From Microbotryum violaceum (lineage: Eukaryota), in the NCBI GenBank assembly GCA_001244265.2, contig CDLV01000005.1, positions 1,302,001 to 1,366,000 of the forward strand: a stretch of DNA of 64,000 nucleotides. The letters are read 5' to 3'. Position 1 is the stretch's first letter; each line of letters opens with the position of its first letter. Both the position numbers and the translations under genes were made by a program. The notes under the pieces were generated by a model. That model did not search any database. It was given only the letters and a program-made list of their open reading frames with translations, and was not told the origin of the DNA. This document shows, in pieces, positions 53,406-64,000 of this stretch.

Positions 53406-55724
53406 TCACTTTCGTATTGATGCGATCGACACGTGATTCGTGCCATTTCCATGATCGAACCGTGGACACTGCATCGCAGGTGGCGTAGTGGAGTTTCGTT
53501 TAAGTGACGGTGGTGACTGCACTGCTGGCTGCGGTGATCGTGTTGGAGGTATTGCGGGCAGAACTGGTAGGGGCGGCACTGGAGCCGAAGCCGCCAGACC
53601 AGGGGCGGCGGCAGCTTGGCTTGTAGACGTGTTCCGATTCGTCGACAGGTTCCACCCAGCGTTTCGATAAACAAACTCGTTCGGATCGGCGAGGCCGATC
53701 GTCGTCGGAGCCTGCTCTGTGTCGCTCCCACTTTCGAGCATCAACGCCGAGTCGGTCGGGATCAGCAGCTTCGGCACGCTCGAGCGATGCGCGTGTCCCA
53801 AGCTGGTGCCCATGTCCGGTGAATCGGGCCCTCCCCCTTCCGATCCACTCCCTGGAATTGCCAACTGCATCAACTCGACCGAACTGTCGCCCGCATTGTA
53901 GTTGCGAGTCAAGGTGTCCGAATGCCGCGGTTTGCTGACGACGTGTGGCGGCTTCCTGAGCTTATCCGGCATGGTGGTCCTCGGATCTACCGTCCCTGAC
54001 AATGCGACGACAGTCGACAACGCGCCATGCTCATTCATATACCCATTGCCGTGATGAATCGACATCTCCGCCTTCGATAGTTGAATCTTGGACTGCGAGT
54101 GGACGGGCGTACAATTGCTCGGTAAGGAGCACGAGGAAGGCCCATCGGGTTTGATGATCGTTTTCGAGCCCGTCTGTACTCGCTCGTCCATCATGCTCGA
54201 GCCCCGTAAGACTACACCTCGCCACCGCCTCATTTTCTGAGCGAGCAAATTACGTTTCCTGATCGCGAGGACGCAGAGGATTAAACATATGAAGCCGATC
54301 ACTGCCGTGGGGATGATCAGTTCGAGGTGAAAATTCCGTCGCGTCGCCACCAAGTCCGAGTCGGAGAAAGAGTGCTCTATACTATTGTCCATCGTATTGT
54401 TGCATGTCCCCGGGAACCCGAGCTTGTATTCACCCGTGACCTGGGATCGCACTAGATTCTTGTCAACGGCAAACACTATCGAGGGTGAGATCGGCTCGTA
54501 GGGCACATTAGTCTTAGCAGACAGAGCAATAGCAAGAAGATAGACGGTACTAGACTCACTGACAATGGTGGAACCCGGATCGCTGATGTTGGTCAGTAAC
54601 ACAGTCGATGTGGTATCTACGGATACATCTGCCCATGTGCCTTTGTCCCTACGAATTCCAACAAAGTCGGAGCAGCATCCACAACGCGTATCAGCATTGT
54701 GAGACAAAAAATCACCTCGTGATGAGCACACCCAGCCAGACCACGCCCGCAACGCACGGATTCAATATTGTCAAAGTATAGGGACCGTGCCCACCCTTGA
54801 TCTGTAGCAGGAGATAATTGCACGGGTTCGACGGAGGGTAGAGCACGAGTTCAATCGGCGTCGATAGCTCGGCCGCCATTTTGCAAGGCGGGCCGGTCTT
54901 GTTCTTGGGATTGTTGGTACTTGTCAGGGCTAAAGTTGGACCGGTGATGATATCTGGTTGGGAAAGCAAAGTCATTGTAGCCGGACTCAGCTGAATTCGA
55001 TGCGCCAAAGTCGGAGGCGGCTTCGTCCGATCCTGGCTTACATGGATTTCTGGTCAAACCACCGTAGTGACCGTTGGCGTCGAAAAAACCAAACAACACT
55101 CGTTGACCCTGCATCGAGAAAGAAAAGCTCCCTTTGTTGGACTGGGTGGACAAAAGGCCAACCGCAGGCCAAACTCACCACGGGCAGGTCGGCATCCCAG
55201 TGGGTTCCGTCGCCGCATTGCGAGTCACTTATGTATCGAGTCGGCTGCACAATTGGATCCAATGACTTCTCAAACTCAGCCTTTCGTTCAATTGAAGAAA
55301 ATACGAACCTCGATAGGCTGGGAAAAAGTGCACTTGCATATGTCTTGGAATTGATGGGGACGACCATCAGGATCATGGGCACAGTGTTTTCACCGGAGAC
55401 GCAATTGTTCTGCCACGCGATGAGGGAGCATTGCGGTATCGAGAAGGCGATCGGTAAGCCCAGAGCTGGACTTGTCGGCGGCGTCGAAGAGAACAACGAA
55501 GCGTTGGTAAACGTGAACCAGAATTGTCGGTCGTAATAGATGGGAACGCGGGGGACTAGTCGCTCGTTCGCGACGTCCGATCCGAGCGAGCCAACGGGGT
55601 TGACATCGTCGGCATCGTCGCAAGGACTCTGCGTCGAGTTGGTCTGATCCGAATCGTTCATTTTCGGGAGCGCCGACGGGAGGACGACGAGCACAGATCC
55701 TGTTGATGCGGCGGTCCCTTGCAA
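53406..55724 (-). CDS. Single-pass membrane protein with a Cys-containing, beta-strand-like ectodomain, multi-exon; start uncertain
   Basis: ORFs 55038-55724, 54851-55153, 54712-55008 and 53406-54752 can be linked by GT-AG introns. Motifs FTFT..PQC..IAW and IKGGHGPYTLTIL; TM LIIPTAVIGFICLILCVLAI followed by RKR. Confidence 0.6.
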
Positions 55725-56930
55725 CGGCTAGTCTCGATTCAGGTCTAATAGAGCCTTCTGAAGCTTGATAATCGGCAGCGATAGGACCAGGGTGGCTGCC
55801 GCGCTTCAAGGGGAGGAGTCTGGATGCGGTCGCCCGTATTAGACCGGCGTCGCGAAAGGTGATTCCGCGTTAATTTCTTAGGGGCGCCAGCGTCAGCGCT
55901 ATAGCGCGCGCGGAAATCGCCCCTCGCGACTTGCGACTTCTTGCGAACGTGCACCAAGGTCGACGAGGGACGCGATAGGTATCAGCGTTTGGTCAACACA
56001 GTCCAATATGAGGGGATTGGGGAGCCGGGAACTGGTGAGGAGAGATAAGCAGCAGCTTCGTCAGCAGATACAGAGCAAGGAACCGCCGCGTCAGCGTCAG
56101 TTCTTTGACATTCAGCCGAGGCCGTCGCTGCCCTAGGCTGCCTGTCGCACTGCATATTCACTCACCAAGCGACCGCCATCCACCCAGGGTACGTGTGTTG
56201 AAGAGATCAAGTAAACCCGTTCACTGCCAAATGATTGATGCACAGGGTATTGCGTCCCAGTGACGAAAGGTGAAGGGGGGGCCGACTCCCGTCGGCTGAA
56301 CCTTGGCGTGAGTCGCAGCTGACGGTGAGGGCGCTCTGGGCAAGAAACGAACAAACGAACAACCAATGCCCTGCCCCCTCTATTGTTGAATAGTGACGGG
56401 TGACTTGAAATCGAAAACACGGCGAAGGGACAGAGACAACCCCGAATGCCCCTGGCCCCCCCCATCCCGCCCCAGGCTGAAACGGGTCTTGCGACAGGGG
56501 TAATGGCGGAGGGGCCCGCTCAAAGCTGACTTTGAACGCCGAGCTGGTTTCGAAGGCGCAAAATCCGTAGGGTGGCGAAGCAAATACACCGGCAACTGAG
56601 CGGCTCTAGTCCAGTGTGCATCTCCGCCTCGGTTCCTTCGTCGGAAGAGGTTCTCTTAGCATTTATTAGTTTTGTCGCCAGTCTCAGGTGGCTCCTCGAA
56701 GCGCGCTCGAGTGCATCCGTGCCAAAACCAGGCGTAAGGCTCCGACCGACTAGACCGATTCGGTGTTTTATCGCCGGCCGGAAATCACCTCCTCGCCCTG
56801 GGAGCTCTTTGGGCTTTGGGCCTGACTAGCCTGACTCCTGAGCGGGATCTGACGATCATCTCCGTCCACTCGCGGTTCCGGGTCTGACCATCGCAACAGA
56901 CAGCTGTGCTGCACCGGGGCACACCGCATC

Positions 56931-56962
56931 CGGGGCGAGGGGCGAGGGGCGAGGGGCGAGGG
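56931..56962 (+). repeat. (GGGGCGA)4 tandem heptamer
   Basis: ggggcgaggggcgaggggcgaggggcgaggg seen directly. Confidence 0.85.
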
Positions 56963-57146
56963 ATTTGCTTCACTGGCTCCGACAAGAAGCGAAAAGGCCG
57001 TCGACCACGCCTCGCGCCGACCGGCGGTGAAAAGCACTCAAATACGTGATGGTACTTCCAACATCATTAAAACTTATATCTAGAACAAACCTTATTTAGT
57101 GGAGGGGGTACTGAAAACATACGTTCAATGCCGTGTGACAGCCTGT

Positions 57147-59550
57147 TTAAAATATAAAGGTGACGAAGAGACCCTGCTGCTCGAGCGTTTCCTTCCAGTC
57201 AACGGGCCATCCCCGCTCATCCGTCAGTTGCCAAATGCGTTCTACTGCAGCCAGATTCTCGTCGGCCAACCTGGGTGGAGACAAAGTCGCCCAAGTCAGT
57301 ATCTTTTCCTAGCCAATTTAGGTTTCCCCGCACCCCTCAGACTTACTTTTGCGGCCGACACCTTTTTAGCGCCTCCCGACAAAGACTCCTCTCCTGATGG
57401 GTCAACGCGACCGTAGCAGCCAAGAACCACGGTGCAGCGCGATGCGAATGAACGCTCGAGAAGTGCAGGTCCTCCTCCATCCTTCGTTGATTGTCTTCCT
57501 GACTTCTCCCTTCGCCCATCGGGACCGCCGAGTGGTGGATGTGAGGATCGGGGACGTCGCGGCACGTCGTCGCCAACGTCTCGACCGTCCGACTACCCAA
57601 CGCCAAGGACTGCTGCAATGCGCGCCGAATGGGGACCGCCAAAGGACCCGCGCGATAAACGGTCTGGTGAAAGTAAATGATCGTCGCTTGACGCCACATC
57701 TCGTGCGTCGTCAGGTCGTCCATCCGTCGGACGGCGTCGTCCGTCATCGAGCCTAAAGGGATCCAGTCGTTGATCGCCACTTCGATCAGCATTGCCCGCC
57801 GCTCGTACTCGTCGGGGTCAAGTGAAGGTCGCTCGTATGCGAGATTGCTGGTCGCGCCGAGGCAGAGCATCAAACCCATCGGAAGGCCACCGAGTAGATG
57901 CAGAGCCTCTGTCGTGACGATCGGATCTGGTGGGTCCGGCGAGGTTGACGAATCCGGTTCGGAAGGTGGCATCCCTGGCGCTCCGACGAGATGAAACAAG
58001 GTGGGATGGGATCGAAGGCAAACGGAGCGTAGCACGTCGGCGTATGCGAAAGAGCGAAGCAAGACTGAAGATGGGCCCGACAGGGTGTGCAAGTCGATCT
58101 TCGGCTTCGGTCCCATCGCCTCGCTGACAAAGTAGTCGCCCAGGAGCAAGATCGCATACGACGCAGCAGCCCCCCACTGTTCGAGCTGGTACATTTGGAG
58201 GTCAAATACGGCGAGCAATTGCGCCTCGAGTGGAATACGGCTCGTTTGGAGGTGCTCGACGGCTTGCTGAAAGTAGGCGTTGGACTGAGCGATCAACCTC
58301 TCCCTCGTCTCGGTCGAGCCTTGATCCTCCATCGTCTTGGCTCGAAACAGCAGGCATAGAGCGAGGCACGCCGATTTGCCGAGCGATGAAGAAAAGGCGA
58401 CGTCGGTCATGCGATGCCGCAATATGTCGCGCACGGGCTTCGGCATCGACGAGAAGAACGCATCGTTGAGCGCGTTGTAAATTGGGATCGATTCGAGTTG
58501 CGTCAACGCCTCGGCGAGGGACGCTTCCTCTTCGACCTGGGCGGAACCTATCATGTTGGTGGCAGGCATTGACGACGGTGTCGTGTTCGCCGATGGAGGT
58601 AAGCTAGGGCTCCCGTGACGTGGGTCTATAGCCGAGACCGTGACAGGAGTCGAATTTGAAGGAGTCGAATGCGCCATCGAGCTTCCCACGGGAATTGACC
58701 AGTCGGCGGTGAGGTTCGAGGCATCTATGGCCGGATTCAACGATTCAAAGAAGGATTCGATGTCGTGCATCTGCGACAGGTCGGTGATAGGAGCAAGCGC
58801 CGAATCGAAATACGCCGTGGGCGGATACTCGGTGCTCGCCGGCAGAGTTGTTGCGTGGGGTGGCGGTAAAGACTGAGAATGGTAGGGAGTCACAACGACG
58901 GGGTAGTTGGTGCCATGGATCGAGGATCCGGCGTGTACGGGAGCGATCGGCGAAGACGGTGCGTGGATCGAGCCGGCCAATATGTGCATAGGAAGCGCCG
59001 AGGCAGGTACGCCCGCGTAGGCCAACGAGCGGGGTATCGGACCATAAGACGGCGGGGTGTAAATGTGGCTCGAGGTCGATTGCACGGGGGACGCACTCGA
59101 CGAGGGCGAATGGTGTTCGTAACGGGACAAGGCGATCGGTGTCGGCGATGAAGGTTCACCCTCATTGCGAGCTGTCGCCGTCGCACTTGATTCGACTCGA
59201 GCGCGACGTCGGGGTATCGGAGTTCCGTCGGACGGTGGCGCGGGCACGCACACCGAGTTGTTGCTCTGACATCGCTGACAGGTCCCTTCGTGATTGTAGT
59301 CACCTGGACACCTCTTTGGGTATGATGGAGCCAGTGGAGGGCACGCGAGGGCATTAAGTACCGGCACGATCGAGATTGGAATCGGGCAACTCGGCACGTT
59401 CACGACGGCGAGCGAGCGGCAGCCAGCAGCGAATGCTAAGATACAACACCGACTCACCTTCTTCCTCCTTCGGCAAGTCAAACAACCCGTTTTCGTTCGA
59501 GTGAATTTGGGTTTTGCTTCCGGCGAGGATCCAGCATCAGGATTCGACAT
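57147..59550 (-). CDS. Zn(II)2Cys6 transcription factor with C-terminal fungal-specific TF domain
   Basis: RTKTGCLTCRRRKK|RCPGDYNHEGTCQRCQSNNSVC; C-terminal FAYADVLRSV, HEMWRQATIIY, PWFLAA, VERIW...WPVDW. Confidence 0.9.
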
Positions 59551-60547
59551 GATGCTACTTACAGCCGACTAGACCAGTTCGAGCAAGTTGATTCGGCGAC
59601 GAGAGCGCGGGGGACGTCTGCAGGCGTTCGCGGTGTGGGCGATCCCAGACAGACGGATATGAGAGCGAAAGTGCCAGTCGGTCGTCGTCGACTGCAAGCG
59701 GTTGACCACCACAAAGGGGTTAAAGACAGAGGGGTTTGGCCTTCGGGCAGCGTGATCGATTGCCGTACCACGCGGCCAATCGGGGAATCTGAGTGGGCTG
59801 TACGGCCCTCCCCCTCCCCAAGATCTTTGCGTGGAGAAACGGTCCACTATAGCCGAAGAACGACACTGGACAGGAGAGAGAAGGGGCGACGGCACTGGAA
59901 TGGAAGCCCCTTCGATCCGCGGCCGTAGCCAGCGGGGCCAAGCTGAGGCAAGTTATATATTCGCACCAGCCCGTGCAGCTCATAGAATCCCCCAGATGCG
60001 CTCACGTGATTGGTTGACGGTGTTAAGCGCGCCACAACTTGAAGAGACCTGCACTCTGTGCCGCGCGAGGTTACTGCAGAGTTTCTTGACCAAGTTGAAT
60101 TGAAGGATAATAATGAGAACTAGGGCTCGTATACGCGAATTTGAAATTCCATCCAGCGTACGAAAAGAGGCGACGCTACTAATAGAGCGTGAGCACACTA
60201 GCACAGTCGCTCCTGTGCAAGTCCGCCGTCGCTCGACAGATCGACCCCTCTGCACCAGCTTTAGACGTCCGCGCCAACAGCGCCAAGTCCGCACCCTTTT
60301 TTTCCGAACTACATTGCCGAACTCGCCATCGCCATCGCCATCGCGTTCGCGGTCCTGCCCTTTGTACGACTAATACATAGTCCGCTTGCTCTCAGACCTC
60401 GAGTCGTTGTCGGGGGCCACCTACGAGCTCCTGCATCCACCACCACCGCTGGCATTTAGGTCGGCTCGCCTCCTGTCTCCTCACGTCGAAGCCCCTGGAC
60501 AACCGTTGGTTAGCTCGACATCGCCTGCCTTGTAACGACATATCGAC

Positions 60548-61857
60548 ATGACGCTCGTCGACGCGCACCTGCAAGGCGTGTCCGACCTTGACAAGCTGTG
60601 GAACCTGCTCGTCGAGCTGTCATCGCAGCTGTCCCACAACCGACAGCAGACCGAGGAGTTGCACAGACGTGCAGAAGAGCTCAAGGTGGGCTCTTTGTGT
60701 TGGGAATCTTGTCGACGGAGTAACGTGCACTGACCCTCATGGCTGCTGGCGGCATTAGACCCAAGCGATCCACAACCAGACCGGCTACACCCTCCGCCGC
60801 TTCAACTTGGACGTCAGCAGTGGTCAGTTTATGCTCCATCTTGGATCAGAGACCCGCACCGTCTCACATTCACATCGCATTTGGCTCTCGTGATGGCACG
60901 TGACGCGATCGCAATCCCACAGTCGAGTTCGACTCGGAGCTTGAACGACAGAACATTAACCTCGTCAACGAGAACCAGGCACTGCACCACGAGAACCGGG
61001 CATTATCGATTCTACTCAAGGACTATGAAGCCACACTGGAGAATGTGATGGGCAAATTTAGGGCTCACGCGGTCAGTAGAGATCCTGGTCCGCCCAGGTC
61101 CCCCACCTCGAGGGCGGGTTGAGCTGATCAAGTCGAGAATTGCATCTCCCCCCGTTTTATTCCTTCATAGGCCGCAACGCAGCAACACCACCTCGATCTT
61201 GTGCGACATTACGAGTCGCTCCTTCTCAACCCGGACCCTTCGTCTTCGGCGGCACTGGACGAACGTGGCAACTCAATCGACCCTGCCTCGCCCGATTCGC
61301 ATCCCGGCTCCTCGGGCGCTATTGACCCTCTGCACCTCAATTTGTCCCTCTCCCATGTTACGTCTTTGATCCGGAAAGCCGTGCGAGCAATGAACGGCGA
61401 GGACCCGGACTCGATCGACTCACCTCCTCTATCCCCGATCGATCCCTCGGCCGCTTCTTCTTTCTCTGCCGCAACCGCCTCCGAATCTTCGGCTGCTTCT
61501 TCGGCTTCCACATGCTCGGACACGTCGTCCAGGAGCAGGATTCCCCAAACACGACCTTATGATGTCACAGAAGGAGGTTATATCGGGAAAGGAGCGACGA
61601 GCGAACCGCATTACCTGCCCACGACGTCGACATCGAGTCTCGTCCAAACACCCCCTCTGAACGCGGTCGACGCGCAACACAAAACCATGGCAGGCCATGC
61701 GTTGCACAGGAAAGAGGTGCTGGGACCGGTCGACGATGCGCTGGAGAAGGAAATTGAGATCGCAGCATTGAGAAAGGAGAATCGTGAATTGAGGTATGCT
61801 CTAGGGATCGAGGAGAGAGAGCAGTCTCGGGAGGAAGAGGAACTCGGTGGTCCGTGA
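60548..61857 (+). CDS. SIKE/FGFR1OP2-like coiled-coil protein (putative STRIPAK small subunit), multi-exon
   Basis: Spliced DLDKLWNLLVELSSQLSHNR...|GYTLRRFNLDVS|EFDSELER...ENQALHHENRALSILLKDYEATLENVMGKFRAHA; C-terminal EIEIAALRKENRELRYALGI. Confidence 0.65.
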
Positions 61858-62564
61858 GCGCGAGATCGGGGTCGGGGTCGGAACGCGTGTGTATGTATTG
61901 CTGTATGAAAACGGCAGGTTTTTATCCCATCATACGTTTAATTCGGTGACTTGAGAGATTTGGGGTACGCCTCCGAGTCGCTGAGGGGGCTCAAGCGGAG
62001 GTGCCTGCTGTATAGTAGTTCGTCGGTTCAGTGCGATTGATCTAATTGATCTAAAATTAGGTGCGCGTGATCGAGCGGGTCGTCGCACGAGAAGGGACTT
62101 GGCTCGGCTCGGTTCAGTTCACTCCGAGGCCCTCGCCGAGAAAGACGCCGCAAATCGCCGCTCGCGGATCGCTGTCCGTCTCCCCCCTTCATCTGCTACC
62201 GAACATAGAACACACTACTAATATCAGAAGCCGCACACAACTCTCGAATCGACTCGACCAGACGTTCAGCAAAGCTGGCCTCGACTCGAGCGTAAAGCGC
62301 TTGTCCGTCACGTCGCACAGAAGTGGTTCGGCCTTCCGTCATCCGCTACGAATCTCGGACTTGGGGTCGTACGAGATCACAACTGCATCGACACACGCGC
62401 CACACCAGATCAGCAATGCCACCGGCCCGGAAAGCGACGAGTGAACCCATCGATTCTGTAAGTTGTCCACACATCAACGATTTTGCAAAGTATCTGGTAT
62501 CTGATAACGCTCAACATATCTTTTGAAATCCCAAATCTCTCGACACCGCCCGCACCTTCACGCA

Positions 62565-64000
62565 TGTCACAGGATCACGAACATGAAACGGAGGACGAGG
62601 AGCATAGAGGAGATGGTGGCAAGGGCAAGGGGAAGAAGACGACCAAGTCAAAGTGCGTTGCAAACCTCACTGCGTTGCAGCATCTGGACCCTCGCCCGTC
62701 GGTTACGTTACCCGATCCCCGACTTTCGCGCGGAGCAACCGGCTCGGGACTGGGGTGACCGCTTTGAAGTACTGACACCTGCTTGCTTTCCTGCACTCAA
62801 TCGAGTAGAGAGTCCGCTCAACGTAAACAGCAGAACCGACTAGCCCAACGTGAATTTCGTCAGGTTCGTCCACACCTCGACCCTGTTCGGGGAGCGGGGG
62901 GGGGGGGGGGGGGGCAGCGGCCAATTCTCACTATCGCATCAATTCACCGCTAACGCCGAACATCCCTGCTGGTCCCCCTTTGACCTGGGCCAATTCAGCG
63001 CAAGCAAGCCTATGTTAAAGAACTCGAAGTTCGGGTCAACCTCTTGGCTCGGTCCAAAGATGATCAGTTGGAAGGGATGAAATTGGTCGGTCCATCGTGG
63101 CTTCGTAAATTCCACGAACGACCGACTGTATACTGACCTCTTGATGGGTCGCAGACGATTCGTACGCTGTTGGATGAGAACCAAGAGTTGAGAGAAGTGC
63201 TGGGTCATTTGGGTCGATTTATCGTACGTTACCGAGCATTATCGTCGATATCATGGCAGGACTTTTCTTGCCTCAACTCCGAAGGAGTCGGTCACTGACC
63301 TCCACCTCTACATTGTCATTGTCGCGATACCGCAGGGCTCGGGACTTGGTGGTTGTCTGCCCGAAATTGGCCTTAGCCCAGAAGGTCAGTAAATGATGGG
63401 ATGGTTTGAGCTCTTTAGGAACGTTCTTGTGTTGACCAGAGTGCGATAGCCATATACAGAGCTCAAGAGGTTGGCCACCCGAGGTCGATTAGATGCCGTT
63501 CACAAGATCATGGAGCAGATGGATCGAAAGGATTCGAAAGATCAAGATCCATGGGCTCGTAAACGGAGTTCGAGCCAGAACGGGCGAGCGGAATCGTCGC
63601 ACGCAAATGCCGTCCACGGAACTTCCGGGCAGACCACCGCGACGACGAGCGGTAGTGGCGACGTCACCGAGTCGGACAAGTCTAAAGGGAAGAAGAGGGC
63701 CCGAGCCTTGGATTCGATATCGAGCCTTCCGTCGCAACCCGCCGAAGTCGATGCGATGGACGACTTGAATGGGTACTTTGCCATTGACCCGACGACCACA
63801 ATGGCACCTTGGAGTCAGGGCTTGCAAGACGAACCGAATGGATCCCTTGGAGATGTCTCATTGGTGCCGAGCAACGGCCAACGAATCACGCCTCAGCAGA
63901 TTGTCCGCCGAGAACGACAACTGCCCGAAGGGTACCCTCCCGCCCCAGCGACGACAACATCAACTACATCAGCTTTCGGCATCGGAGGTATGTCGAACCA
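62565..64000 (+). CDS. YAP-type bZIP transcription factor, 5' part, multi-exon, runs off the window
   Basis: Small exons give SAQRKQQNRLAQREFRQ|RKQAYVKELEVRVNLL...|TIRTLLDENQELREVL (basic region plus zipper). Not visible in the ORF track. Confidence 0.8.
62896..62914. repeat. Poly(G) run inside a bZIP intron
   Basis: About 19 consecutive G. Confidence 0.9.

Noticed and set aside
56030-56620. GC-rich, possibly structured non-coding stretch (considered RNase P/MRP, snRNA or telomerase RNA)
   Set aside because: No diagnostic motifs or telomeric template found; better explained as promoter or 5' leader of the downstream membrane-protein gene.

Overview
Gene-dense, intron-rich fungal genomic DNA. 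GT-AG introns of about 60-150 nt, GC-rich codons and tandem secretory lipases suggest a basidiomycete, possibly Microbotryum-like; this is an inference. The first 43 kb is mostly conserved core genes: the 3' part of midasin, Set9 H4K20 methyltransferase, a GTPBP1/2-like GTPase, a SNAPC4-like Myb protein, an NDR-family kinase, an F-box protein, UTP14, IBA57, a small Cys-rich protein, homoisocitrate dehydrogenase, a DUF1640 protein, BNA6 and RAD6. The 43-57 kb stretch looks accessory: a ~900-nt imperfect inverted repeat (candidate long hairpin RNA), two tandem secreted lipases and two single-pass membrane proteins. These are followed by a Zn2Cys6 TF, a SIKE-like STRIPAK subunit and the 5' part of a YAP-type bZIP gene. 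The most notable observations are: (1) the hairpin with strand-biased G:U pairing; (2) three ungapped 37-aa repeats at the Set9 C-terminus, joined to the gene by an intron that hides a stop codon; (3) an intron-split CRIB motif in the NDR kinase; (4) a 98-aa protein with a ubiquitin-like RLQGG motif followed by a Cys-rich tail ending in CxC. All exon boundaries were read by eye and have not been validated.
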